DNA from: a virus
Direction: 5' to 3' (one strand)
Length of the DNA stretch: 64,000 bases
Virus record (IMG/VR): IMGVR_UViG_3300045988_119069
Position 1 is the stretch's first letter. Each line of letters begins with the position of its first letter. Shown one piece after another: positions 44,141 through 53,965 of the stretch. A model generated the notes under the pieces. The model saw only the letters and a list, made by a program, of their open reading frames with translations, did not search any database and was not told where the DNA came from. The translations under genes were made by a program, and so were the position numbers.

Positions 44141-44176
44141 TGCTATAAACATTCAACAAAACACATATACAACACA

Positions 44177-45889
44177 ATGACAACAGTTAGCAACATCAGT
44201 GAGCTCCAACAGCGTAGTGAGGAGCTTCAGTCGCAAGGCTACGAGGCCGTTCTGCCTGGCGCGTTCTGTGCGCCCAAGCAGGGAGGCAGCAGTGTGTTCT
44301 CATGGGGCGATTACGTTCACCAGAAGCTCACGGCTTCGGCTACCATGACCGGAGCGGAAGGCAATGCGGCAAGACGGGAGATTTCCGCTGTGTTCGGATC
44401 ATCGGGCGGCGAGAACAAAGCCGTGCCCGAAGGTGTAGGCACTAAGGGATTGGGATTCATGGAGTGGGGCGTGGGCAACCGACTGCCTAACCTCGTGTAT
44501 CTGCTCTCCAAGCTGTCGCCATTTCCGGCAGCGGGAGTTGACTTCGTGAAGAAAATACTCGTAGGCCGTGGGCCGTGCGCCAAGTATCACTATACACAGT
44601 ATGTCGGTGGCAATATCACCGAGAAGTACATCGCCTTTCCCTCTGCCGGCACGCTGCTCCGAGGACAGATAGCCGACCTCAAGGCTAAGGAAAAGCAAAT
44701 GTCTGAAACAGAAAACCAAACGTCAGAGTCTAAATCCAAAGATGCCGACTCCGAGGAGATGAAGTCGCTCAAGGCAGCACTGAAAGAATGGGAGGACACC
44801 AATGAGGAGTTGCAAGCATTCATCAAGAACAACGACCTCCACAAGACCTACCTTGAGATGGCAGGCGATATGTCGCTCATGTCGCAATGTTTTTGCGAGT
44901 TGCAGCTCAACCAACGTCAGTTGGACGAGAACAAACGCTCCGTGCCCACATCACGGTGGGACCCGAAGATTGTCGGCATAAAGCCACGCTCGGTGTTCAC
45001 CACCCGACTGGAGCGCATGGATAGTCAGTATCGCATCAACTATGCTTACCTCTCAAATCAGTGGCTCGACTCCACCCAGACGCTCACCGAAACCGACCGT
45101 CGCATTGCTGCCGTGCCTTATCTTGCAGCCGACACAGCCGTGAGCGACCTCAACCGCCGCTTGCGTGAGGCTCGTGAGAAACAAGTGAGCCGCAAGAACC
45201 GACCCACACGCTTCATCATGTCGCCACGCGACTTCGGTGGTCCTTACTATGCCGATGCCCTTTGGCACAGCATCTTTGCCGGAAGCATCTTTGAGTATGC
45301 CTTCACCATCGTTGACGACCGTCTCACTCGCAAGCGCAACAGCAACATCATCGGTCGCGTCATATACATTCATCAGGAATACCTCAAGCAGCTCTACACC
45401 CAGCAGGGCGAGAACAAGAGCAAGACGATGGCTCAGATACAGCAGGAGGTGTTCACCGATGTCAACCGCTGGCTGTCTAATCCCGACAACGCAGGTCAGG
45501 CTCTTATCTCTGCCGTGTTCACCGGACTGGACGGCAAGGAGCACAAGGCATGGGAGATTGTGGAGATTGAGAGCAAGGCCAACTCGCAAGCGCAAGCCGA
45601 GAAGACCGAGCTCCAGGAAATATCTTCCATTATCTTCTTCGCCATGGGCTTGGACTCGAAGCTCATAGGCAACACCCCAGGCGACGCTACATCATCGGGC
45701 GGCACCGACCTCCGCGAGCGTTTCCTTGTAAAGCAGATACAGTTTGCCCCATTGCAGCAGCTCATGCTCCGACCGTTGGAGGTGATAAGCAAGTTCAATA
45801 AGTGGGACTCGCACCTTGTGTGGCAGATAGACCGCGAAGTGCTCACCACGCTGGATAACTCGAAAACGGGGGTGACGATGCAGGAATAG
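44177..45889 (+). CDS. putative portal protein (570 aa)
   Basis: Start moved to ATG 44177 because the track N-terminus runs through hairpin H6 and the promoter. The call rests on size and its position heading the late module. Ends TAG-TAA. Confidence 0.4.
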   Translation: MTTVSNISELQQRSEELQSQGYEAVLPGAFCAPKQGGSSVFSWGDYVHQKLTASATMTGAEGNAARREISAVFGSSGGENKAVPEGVGTKGLGFMEWGVGNRLPNLVYLLSKLSPFPAAGVDFVKKILVGRGPCAKYHYTQYVGGNITEKYIAFPSAGTLLRGQIADLKAKEKQMSETENQTSESKSKDADSEEMKSLKAALKEWEDTNEELQAFIKNNDLHKTYLEMAGDMSLMSQCFCELQLNQRQLDENKRSVPTSRWDPKIVGIKPRSVFTTRLERMDSQYRINYAYLSNQWLDSTQTLTETDRRIAAVPYLAADTAVSDLNRRLREAREKQVSRKNRPTRFIMSPRDFGGPYYADALWHSIFAGSIFEYAFTIVDDRLTRKRNSNIIGRVIYIHQEYLKQLYTQQGENKSKTMAQIQQEVFTDVNRWLSNPDNAGQALISAVFTGLDGKEHKAWEIVEIESKANSQAQAEKTELQEISSIIFFAMGLDSKLIGNTPGDATSSGGTDLRERFLVKQIQFAPLQQLMLRPLEVISKFNKWDSHLVWQIDREVLTTLDNSKTGVTMQE

Positions 45890-45911
45890 TAACGAATAAA
45901 TGATATAGAGA

Positions 45912-46685
45912 ATGATTGAACTGAATAAGATATATAATGAAGACTGCCTCGAAGGAATGAAACGGATTCCGGACGGGAGCGTGGATTGCATCGTGTGCGA
46001 TTTGCCGTATGGTGTTCTCAACAAACAGAGTGAAGGAGGGGGATGGGATAGCATTATTCCGCTTGAGTCATTATGGAAAGAATATCTACGCATAGCCAAA
46101 CCCAATGCAGCGATTGTTCTTTTCTGTCAAGGTATGTTCACTGCACAGCTTATGATGTCGCAGCCGAGACTTTGGAAATATAATCTTATTTGGAGCAAAA
46201 ACAGAGCAACGGGCTTTTTGAATGTCAACAAGATGCCTCTGCGCTCGCATGAGGATATTGCAGTATTCTATCGAAAGCAGCCTATCTACAACCCTCAGAT
46301 GTTAAAATGTGCGCCACATCAACGAAACCATCGAAGGGGCGATGGTTCTCATAGTTTGAAGCGAGGTTGTTACGGCGACCATAAAGAAGTGCCTACTATC
46401 GTATCAGATGAAAAATTTCCAAATAGTATTATCTGCTTCGATAAGGAACATTCAGCCGACACCTTCCACCCCACTCAAAAGCCCGTAGCTCTTATTCAGT
46501 ACCTCATTCGCACCTACTCCAACGAGGGTGACTCCATTTTAGACAACTGTATGGGCAGCGGCACCACCGCCATTGCAGCTATCCGCGAGAAGCGCAACTT
46601 CATCGGCTTTGAACTCAACAAGGAGTATTACGACAAGGCTTGCAAGCGCATTAAGCAGGAGCAAGCGCAGCTCACGCTGTTCTGA
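45912..46685 (+). CDS. DNA methyltransferase, N4/N6 (beta-class, DPPY-like)
   Basis: Motif IV IVCDLPYGV, then FHPTQKPVALIQYLI and DNCMGSGTTAIAA. Confidence 0.8.
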   Translation: MIELNKIYNEDCLEGMKRIPDGSVDCIVCDLPYGVLNKQSEGGGWDSIIPLESLWKEYLRIAKPNAAIVLFCQGMFTAQLMMSQPRLWKYNLIWSKNRATGFLNVNKMPLRSHEDIAVFYRKQPIYNPQMLKCAPHQRNHRRGDGSHSLKRGCYGDHKEVPTIVSDEKFPNSIICFDKEHSADTFHPTQKPVALIQYLIRTYSNEGDSILDNCMGSGTTAIAAIREKRNFIGFELNKEYYDKACKRIKQEQAQLTLF

Positions 46686-46692
46686 CAAGAGA

Positions 46693-46798
46693 ATCATCAA
46701 ATGACACGAATGAAACTAATTGTTCGTGAATTTCGTGAAATTCGTAGTATTTCACAGACCGCAAGCAGCAGTTAGGTCCATTCTATTCATTCGATGAT
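46693..46798. repeat. word-periodic intergenic hairpin (H7)
   Basis: atcatcaaatga pairs with tcattcgatgat. Inner cacgaatgaaac / ttcgtgaatttcgtgaaattcgt words. Confidence 0.6.
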
Positions 46799-46828
46799 AA
46801 AATATAAACAATAAAATTCGCATAGCGT

Positions 46829-47863
46829 ATGATTTTATCAACCACCAAGGAGCTTCGGCTCCACATTCCCAGCAACGCCATTGACGAGATAAGTTCTCTT
46901 CAAGGTACACTCGACAACAGCGAGAAGGATTTTCTTCGCGACAAGTTAGGCGACTCGCTCTACGACCAACTGTGCGAGTATTATCAGAGCATTTCTCCCG
47001 ACGAGTTCTACCTTTCCGTCACCAACGGCGAGCATACTCACCTGCCTTGGCAGCAACTCCTGCTTATGGCACAGCGCATGGTGGTTTATGATGCCATGTC
47101 TCGTTTCGCCTACACGCAAGCCCTCTCTATCAATGGCACGGGCATCAACGTAGCGTCGAGCGAAGACTACGGCGCTGCATCCAAAGACCTGCTCGACAAG
47201 GGTGTGCAGGGCTATAAGCGCGAGGCAATGGTATCGCTCAACCAAATGCTTGTGATGCTCGAAGGTTGGGCGCGTAAGATGACTACACCCGCACCCATCG
47301 CCGATGCCGACTCCACCGATCCACCGACCACCGAGCCAAAGGACGAGGAGCACAAGACCATTGAGGAGATAAGCCTATTGTGGCAGGAGAGCCAGTACTA
47401 CTATCTCCACCACGACCTCCTCATTGCTACATGTGCCGACCTTCAGCACTATCTCGACATCTACGAAAGCCGTGAGAAGTTCATCCGTCTTCTGCCCGAC
47501 CTTCACTTCATCCAGGACGAATACATCAGCGAGGCTATTGGCGAGGACACGGTGCAGCGTCTGCTCCACACCGACGACCCTGCCGACAAGCCACTCCTTC
47601 GCAAGGTACGTCGCCTGATGGTTGCTCACCTCGAAGAGCGCACAACAATTCTCACTATTGACAAGGCACGCCGAGCCGCTGCCCACAACGAAGCCATCGC
47701 CCTACGATCTTCGGTGCTCCGGCTCATGGAAATGCGCAAGGCAGTGGATGCCGCCAACAACACCCCAGACAAGTCCTCAACCAACACCACCGACTCAACA
47801 AGCAAAGGCTACGAGAACAACCAACCAGACAGCAAGATATTCGTGTCGCCACTGCTGTATTGA
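46829..47863 (+). CDS. hypothetical protein (344 aa)
   Basis: ORF track. In the late module. Confidence 0.35.
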   Translation: MILSTTKELRLHIPSNAIDEISSLQGTLDNSEKDFLRDKLGDSLYDQLCEYYQSISPDEFYLSVTNGEHTHLPWQQLLLMAQRMVVYDAMSRFAYTQALSINGTGINVASSEDYGAASKDLLDKGVQGYKREAMVSLNQMLVMLEGWARKMTTPAPIADADSTDPPTTEPKDEEHKTIEEISLLWQESQYYYLHHDLLIATCADLQHYLDIYESREKFIRLLPDLHFIQDEYISEAIGEDTVQRLLHTDDPADKPLLRKVRRLMVAHLEERTTILTIDKARRAAAHNEAIALRSSVLRLMEMRKAVDAANNTPDKSSTNTTDSTSKGYENNQPDSKIFVSPLLY

Positions 47864-47867
47864 TATT

Positions 47868-47964
47868 AACATCGGATTAAACGGACAAAACGGACTTTCT
47901 TTTGTCATCGAATGAAACAAATGAAACAAACTTCAAATCCGTTGAATCCGTAAAATCCGATGTT
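47868..47964. repeat. word-periodic intergenic hairpin (H8)
   Basis: aacatcggatt (47868-47878) pairs perfectly with aatccgatgtt (47954-47964). The arms are built from acgga/tccgt words at 8-9-nt periodicity. Confidence 0.7.
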
Positions 47965-47996
47965 GATAAATAAACAATTAGCTGTGTGATAAGTTT

Positions 47997-48084
47997 CACA
48001 TCGGATTTGACGGATTCAACGGATGTAGAATGCTTCAAGCAGCGAGAGTAATCAAAATCCGTAAAATCCGTAAAATCTGATGTT
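47997..48084. repeat. word-periodic intergenic hairpin (H9)
   Basis: cacatcggatttgacggattcaacggat pairs with aaatccgtaaaatccgtaaaatctgatgtt. In tandem with H8. Confidence 0.7.
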
Positions 48085-48114
48085 AAAAATAAAAATCCAA
48101 TTCGATGTAACACT

Positions 48115-49176
48115 ATGGAAGAAATAATCCGCATTCTAACCCCTGCCCTCTCCGCCCGTATGCTCACCTCCGACCAGCGTGAAGCCTTCGAGCGTGGTCT
48201 TACTCTTCTTGAGCAGAATCCACGGGCAATGTCGTTCATAAAGGAGAGCCGCCGTTTTCGCGACTATCATCGTCGTGTGCGTCAGCTCCTCACCTATCTG
48301 CAAACCATGCAGACCTCTTGCACGGAGATAAAGCGTCACGTCGGTCGCCCCACTAAGGAGGAACAGGCCCTCTATGCCGAGCAGCAGAAAGAGAAGGCTC
48401 TTGAGGAAGCGCGTCGCTCGCTCTTTCCCGACCTAAAGCCCGACCTCACCTTGCAGCCCCTTACCTACGGCGGCATCGTAGCCAACCCCAACGGCGAGAC
48501 CATTGCGTCCACCATGCCCAACCTCATGCAGCTCCGACCGTTCCTCTCCGAACGTCTGCAAGAGAAAGTAAACACCGTGCGCTCTCTACGCAACGAGATG
48601 GCAGCAAAGTCTGAGCAAGCCAAGACCATGGCCGAAGCCAATGAGAAGGCTGGCAGACCTATCTACACCGAAGAAGAGATTGCCCTTCTCGCCACCCGTG
48701 CCGTAAAGATAGAAAGCGACATCCTCCCTCGCATCTACATCAACGTTGACCGCGAAATTGGCGAGGCATACCTTCGCCTATCACCGCGCACCGGCGACCC
48801 CGAATACATCGCCCGAATAGAGAAGGCGTGCAACGTTCCACCGCAGAACCTACGCGCCCAGTTTCGTCCTTTTTATGACAAGGCGCTCGCCCGTGACCCT
48901 CTCTTCGCCCAGTCGGTAGCCGACAAGATAGCCAACGACCGGCCCAAGGTGAAAGCCGCCCGCGACGCAGCAGCCAAGCACAAAGCCGAAGCCGACGCTC
49001 TCATTAAATATATCATGCGCAAGGACAAGCCATCCACCAAAGCCCGCGTAAAAGGCCTTACCGACCGCATCGCCCAACTCCGCAAAGACTATGCCGACAT
49101 AGTGAGCGAGGACGAACTGAAGGGCTACGAGGCAATATTGGAGAAAACCAAAAGTGAAGTTTCACCAAAGGCTTAG
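48115..49176 (+). CDS. hypothetical protein (353 aa)
   Basis: ORF track. Ends TAG-TAA. Confidence 0.35.
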   Translation: MEEIIRILTPALSARMLTSDQREAFERGLTLLEQNPRAMSFIKESRRFRDYHRRVRQLLTYLQTMQTSCTEIKRHVGRPTKEEQALYAEQQKEKALEEARRSLFPDLKPDLTLQPLTYGGIVANPNGETIASTMPNLMQLRPFLSERLQEKVNTVRSLRNEMAAKSEQAKTMAEANEKAGRPIYTEEEIALLATRAVKIESDILPRIYINVDREIGEAYLRLSPRTGDPEYIARIEKACNVPPQNLRAQFRPFYDKALARDPLFAQSVADKIANDRPKVKAARDAAAKHKAEADALIKYIMRKDKPSTKARVKGLTDRIAQLRKDYADIVSEDELKGYEAILEKTKSEVSPKA

Positions 49177-49197
49177 TAAGGCTTAAAAACAAGACCC

Positions 49198-49845
49198 ATG
49201 ACCTCATTCGATCAACTCAAACAAATCTGCACCCATGCCTGCCACGACCGCCACGCTTGTGCCGAAGGCTATCGTGCCATGCTCGCCACCGAAAATATCA
49301 GTCAGCTCATGGCTGTGTGGCGAGCCAACTGGGAAGACATCGTTGAGAGCAAATACGCCGATATCATCAACGAACAGCTTCATGCTCTCTACCTCGACTC
49401 CACCCTAAGAGCGAAAATGAACGCCGCCGGCATCTACGTTAACGAATGTCCGAAGACAGCACCCGAGTTTGTACTTGTCATTGTTACCGACCATGACCGC
49501 ATCGTTGATATATACGATTATGCCAAGTGCTATGTCCTCGGCAGGGCATACGTTCGTGCATGGGACCACGCCCAGGTATATAGCGAGAAAAACGATGAAT
49601 GTCTTGTTCAGCTCTACGACCATTCTTACGGTCATGTCAGCAAGGGAGGAGTAGAAGCCACTGGCTACTCCCGTTTATGGACTTCTACTAACGCCCGTCT
49701 TTTCGGTCGTGTGACATGCGAAGCCCACGGTGGCGAGATCCGTGTTTGCGGCTATCTGAAGATTGAAGCCTACGGCGACACCAAGGTATTCAGCAAAACC
49801 GACCGCAACATCACACTGTACGGCAACGCCCACATAATAGTATAA
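49198..49845 (+). CDS. hypothetical protein (215 aa)
   Basis: ORF track. Confidence 0.35.
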   Translation: MTSFDQLKQICTHACHDRHACAEGYRAMLATENISQLMAVWRANWEDIVESKYADIINEQLHALYLDSTLRAKMNAAGIYVNECPKTAPEFVLVIVTDHDRIVDIYDYAKCYVLGRAYVRAWDHAQVYSEKNDECLVQLYDHSYGHVSKGGVEATGYSRLWTSTNARLFGRVTCEAHGGEIRVCGYLKIEAYGDTKVFSKTDRNITLYGNAHIIV

Positions 49846-49902
49846 CAAAAAAGCCCAGCAAACCCCAGAAAGGCCCAGTAAGGTCCATTAAAAAGAAAAA
49901 AC

Positions 49903-52737
49903 ATGAACAGCAAACTCACCATTCTTGCCGACGGCAAGCCTCTCGCCCTAAAGGAAGACACATCCATCAGCATCGAGTTGAGCAACCCTTTGTTCAACGA
50001 CACCGAGATGTTCTCTTATCCCGTGGAGTTGCCCATCGAAGGCAACCGACATTTTCTCAAGAACGTGGATGATGTCAGCAGCGACATCCGCCCCGTGAGC
50101 TACGAGCATACGCCGATGCAGATCATCGCCGACGGCGTACCCTTTGCCTCCGGCACAGCCATCATCCAGGAAGACGAGCGTCTGGAAGACTCCCTCTCGC
50201 TCAACATCGACGCATCCACACAGTCGTTCTCCGATCTCATTAGCGACCTCAAGTGCAACGAAGTGCCTATACCTTCTAAATATAAGGATCAACTCTTGAT
50301 AGGCGAGAAGATAGACGATGTGAGCGTTAGCGTGACGTATAACACTGAGGTTGTCATTAAATATCAGGGTAAGAAAGGCGACAAGAAGTATGGTTCGGTG
50401 GGCGAATCCACTACTAACGCTACCTTTTCGCCCCAAGCTCTCGGTTTCTCCTATCCTGCCCAATGCAAGGAGAAAGGCGACAAGCACGAGGCTGTATTGA
50501 AGAAGACATATACATATCCTAACAGTAACGAGGTGAAGGTGCCCGACGTTCTTACTTCTTACATTAACGTTAGCGACCCTTATCCTCTGAAGCCATACTG
50601 CAACGCCCGTGTCTGCTATAAGCATTACGACCTTGCCGAAGACGGCTCAACGTCAGACAAGGTGGTGGAGTCTATTGACACCCGTAAGGGCGAGGACAGC
50701 GACAATACGAACGAGAAGGAAATGTATGAAGACCGCGGACCGATATGGGTGTTGGATGCTGACCGTCCTCAATCGGGCATCTGCTTCTACGTGTTGTTCT
50801 TCCTTGACTGCCTCTTTGAGCATCTTGGCGTACAGTTCGACAATTCGGCTCTTACAGCCATCGGCGACTTGAACCGTCTCTGCTTCTTCACCACAAAATG
50901 CACCTACGACATCGAACCGCTGTATTATGGAGAGAAATACAAGGAGGAAGACGAAGCCGTGAAAGCTGGACTGAAAACCACGGAAGACATTAAGGTTGGC
51001 TTTTTCCAGAAGCAAGCCAACAGCGAAAATGAGACAAAAAATCTTTTTGACGATGTAAACGCATGGCTCAGTTCGCGCGGTTGTGGCGGTCAGCTCAAAC
51101 TCGAAAATCCAAAAGACAAGAGCGTGCAGGAGGTCAGGTATCGTGAGGTTACATATAAGGTAGTGGAGAAGAAGTATGAAGGCGGTTTCTACAACCAAGG
51201 AGTTTTCAAGGACACCGAAGTGGTGGCAGTTGAAGGCGACTGGATAACTGAACGTGTAGGCGAGAACAAGATTGCAAGCATTACCTGCAAGAGTGCCATC
51301 AAGTCGGCGCAGATGAGCGCAAGCATCTTCCGCATGTATGCCAATGGAGAGAATTTCCCCGACGAGTCGGTTTCGGACGTTATCGACTCGCTTGAACAGC
51401 AGTTCGGCATAAAGTTTCATTACGACTACGAGCAGAAGAAAGTAACAGCCTATCTCATTCGCGACGTGTTCCGTAAGCAGAACCCTACACCTCGCGATTT
51501 CCATGCCCAGGTACTCTCTATGGTGCCCATGACTGAGAAGATAACCGGTGTGCGTGCCGGATATGCAGCCGAGAGTGAAGCCAAGGAGCAGCGCGACAAC
51601 GTAAAGAACCAGGTGAAGGATTTCAATACGGATTACGACTATATAGAATATCCCAAGAACCGCACCGTGACGAGCCTTACATATAAGGAAATTATTCATC
51701 GTGTGCATAATGGCGAAATGAGCGTGTTCGTTGACCTTCAGACGGGCAACAAATATCGTGTGAAGATAGACAAAGACTTCACCAACGCTGGCGACATGAA
51801 GCCGCGACTGTTTGAGGTGGCTGCAATGAAGGGCGTGGAAGTAGGTGATTGTTCTACAATAAACGAAGACTTCATTCAGGAATTTAAGTCATCGTTCGTT
51901 CCCGTAGGAATGGTGGATGCCAACTATCGTAAGGCATTGTCAGCCACTTCGGGCAGTAAATGCGTAACTGACGATCCGAATCAGCCAACTGAAGTAGGCA
52001 AGGAAAGCAAGGGCAGGGAAGTTGCAGGAGTAAATGAGTCTTACGCCAAGACTCAGATGGCAGCTCTCGTTGACGAGGACATGGAGCATGAGTTTGTGAA
52101 GCAATACATCAAGAATACCATGTCGTCAATGGTAGCCGACTTCTATGTCACCGAAGAACTCTCGCTGCGTGAGAGCTATGACCCCTCGAAGACTGACGAT
52201 GGCAATTCTCCTCTTCAGTCATACGACTGGGGCTTGTCGGTGGCTATTATGCGAGGCGGTGGCATTGACTCGACGCATGAAGCCTATGATTACAACTACG
52301 ACGGGTTCGGTAACTCCAAATGGCGCACCAAGGCGGGCGAGTATGCTCTGACTACCGACTCTATTGACCCCTACGGTGTAGAATACGACTATAACGGTGT
52401 AGAGGAAGGCATCGGCAATGAGGAACGTTTCTCTCTGAAGCCACGTGCGTGGGTGCAGCCCGAATGGGCAGATGCTCCGCTTGTGGTGAACACTCCGTCG
52501 GTAAAGAACCGCGGCTATGTAGACGTGTTCCTCGTCGATTACATCTACTTCCTCCTACATCGCAAGAAGTATTACGTCAAGTGCCTCGCCTCCGTAGCTC
52601 AGATAGCCGACATTCAAAACCATTGGAAAGAATGGTGGAATATCGACGGCAAGAAATGCCTAATCAACAAAGTAAATGCTGACGTATCGGCAAAGGAAGG
52701 AATGGGCGAAGTGGAATTGGAAATATACAGCATTTAA
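49903..52737 (+). CDS. large virion (tail/baseplate?) protein (944 aa)
   Basis: Size and position upstream of the fibre genes. No motif recognised. Confidence 0.4.
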   Translation: MNSKLTILADGKPLALKEDTSISIELSNPLFNDTEMFSYPVELPIEGNRHFLKNVDDVSSDIRPVSYEHTPMQIIADGVPFASGTAIIQEDERLEDSLSLNIDASTQSFSDLISDLKCNEVPIPSKYKDQLLIGEKIDDVSVSVTYNTEVVIKYQGKKGDKKYGSVGESTTNATFSPQALGFSYPAQCKEKGDKHEAVLKKTYTYPNSNEVKVPDVLTSYINVSDPYPLKPYCNARVCYKHYDLAEDGSTSDKVVESIDTRKGEDSDNTNEKEMYEDRGPIWVLDADRPQSGICFYVLFFLDCLFEHLGVQFDNSALTAIGDLNRLCFFTTKCTYDIEPLYYGEKYKEEDEAVKAGLKTTEDIKVGFFQKQANSENETKNLFDDVNAWLSSRGCGGQLKLENPKDKSVQEVRYREVTYKVVEKKYEGGFYNQGVFKDTEVVAVEGDWITERVGENKIASITCKSAIKSAQMSASIFRMYANGENFPDESVSDVIDSLEQQFGIKFHYDYEQKKVTAYLIRDVFRKQNPTPRDFHAQVLSMVPMTEKITGVRAGYAAESEAKEQRDNVKNQVKDFNTDYDYIEYPKNRTVTSLTYKEIIHRVHNGEMSVFVDLQTGNKYRVKIDKDFTNAGDMKPRLFEVAAMKGVEVGDCSTINEDFIQEFKSSFVPVGMVDANYRKALSATSGSKCVTDDPNQPTEVGKESKGREVAGVNESYAKTQMAALVDEDMEHEFVKQYIKNTMSSMVADFYVTEELSLRESYDPSKTDDGNSPLQSYDWGLSVAIMRGGGIDSTHEAYDYNYDGFGNSKWRTKAGEYALTTDSIDPYGVEYDYNGVEEGIGNEERFSLKPRAWVQPEWADAPLVVNTPSVKNRGYVDVFLVDYIYFLLHRKKYYVKCLASVAQIADIQNHWKEWWNIDGKKCLINKVNADVSAKEGMGEVELEIYSI

Positions 52738-52773
52738 ATAATAAATAATAAATACCAAATAACAACTGAAGCA

Positions 52774-53811
52774 ATGGCAAGTTTACTTAAATTACATTCA
52801 GGTTCGGTATTCAATGGCAATCCTATTGTCTTCATCGTCTGGCCTATTGCACTTAAAGAGACACCTTCGTTTCATCGTATGATATTCGAGGTGAAGTGTG
52901 GCATGAGTGGCGGCAATTACGAGACAATAAAGATGTCAGAACCTATAAACAACGAGAAAGGCAATCCGATAACTGTAGATATTTCGTCTGCCCTGCGCTC
53001 ATTCCGCGACTCGTATGAGTATTCTCCCAATCCGGGCGTAATGCCCTTGGTGAAGTTTAATGTGTCGGCATACGACGAGTATATTACTGACGGCGAAGTG
53101 AAGAAGTCGGAGCCTGTGTCTTATCTCGCCGGCGAGGACGTGAAGCAAACTATCTTCGGTGGTTTTTCCGACTACGACCGCTTTATGGCTACAAACGACA
53201 CGATGCCTGTTAGCCGAATGACTCGCAAGCCCACCACCATACCGCAGTTGGCGTGTGTAGGCGAAACCATCATCTACGCAGATCCTTACACTCCTGCCAT
53301 CGACTTCTCCACAGTCGCATGGGAGGCACCCGAAGCCAAGGCTTTCACTATAACCGATGAAGGGCAGCAGACCATAGGTGACATCAGCGTTTACGCCATG
53401 CCGCAGTCGGAAGCCAGCCATCGCACGGAGTTCCGCTTCATCAATTCGTTCGGCGTATTGGAGAGCATCAGCGTGCCGAGAGTGTACAGCAAGAAGCTCG
53501 GCATTACCACCACCAACTACACCGTAACACGAAAAGAGACCCTACGCACGTTCTCACGTTCCGTCACGCGCAAGCAGGATGATAGGGAAGGATGGAACTT
53601 CCAGACCGACCCGCTCGATGAAGCATGGCTCGCATGGTATCTGCATGAGTTCCTGATGTCGAAACGCACATGGATAAACATCAACGGCAAGTTCCTGCCT
53701 TGCACCATCACAGCCGAAGAGGAAATCACTTTCTACGACGATACCAAACAGGAAATGCACAGCATGTCGTTCACGGCGAAACTCGACTTCTGCGGAAGCA
53801 CAATCATCTGA
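52774..53811 (+). CDS. hypothetical tail-module protein (345 aa)
   Basis: ORF track. Call is positional. Confidence 0.35.
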   Translation: MASLLKLHSGSVFNGNPIVFIVWPIALKETPSFHRMIFEVKCGMSGGNYETIKMSEPINNEKGNPITVDISSALRSFRDSYEYSPNPGVMPLVKFNVSAYDEYITDGEVKKSEPVSYLAGEDVKQTIFGGFSDYDRFMATNDTMPVSRMTRKPTTIPQLACVGETIIYADPYTPAIDFSTVAWEAPEAKAFTITDEGQQTIGDISVYAMPQSEASHRTEFRFINSFGVLESISVPRVYSKKLGITTTNYTVTRKETLRTFSRSVTRKQDDREGWNFQTDPLDEAWLAWYLHEFLMSKRTWININGKFLPCTITAEEEITFYDDTKQEMHSMSFTAKLDFCGSTII

Positions 53812-53965
53812 AATAACAACACCAGATTTTCTTTATTATTTTATTCTCTCTATTTCTTACGACCTCAAGAGACGCATGAGCGAGCTCTTGGGGTCGTTTG
53901 CGTATGTCCGCTTTGTGTCAATGTTTAAGGCTATCTTTGACGTATAATCACAAGAAGACAACAGC

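Noticed and set aside
43925-44176. The N-terminal 84 codons of ORF 43925-45889 as part of the portal gene.
   Set aside because: This stretch runs through hairpin H6 and the C-rich/TATCTTTG promoter, starts with a non-ATG codon, and translates to low-complexity text (SPSMSAPSPRLSLSL). ATG 44177, preceded by a CA-rich leader, is the more plausible start.
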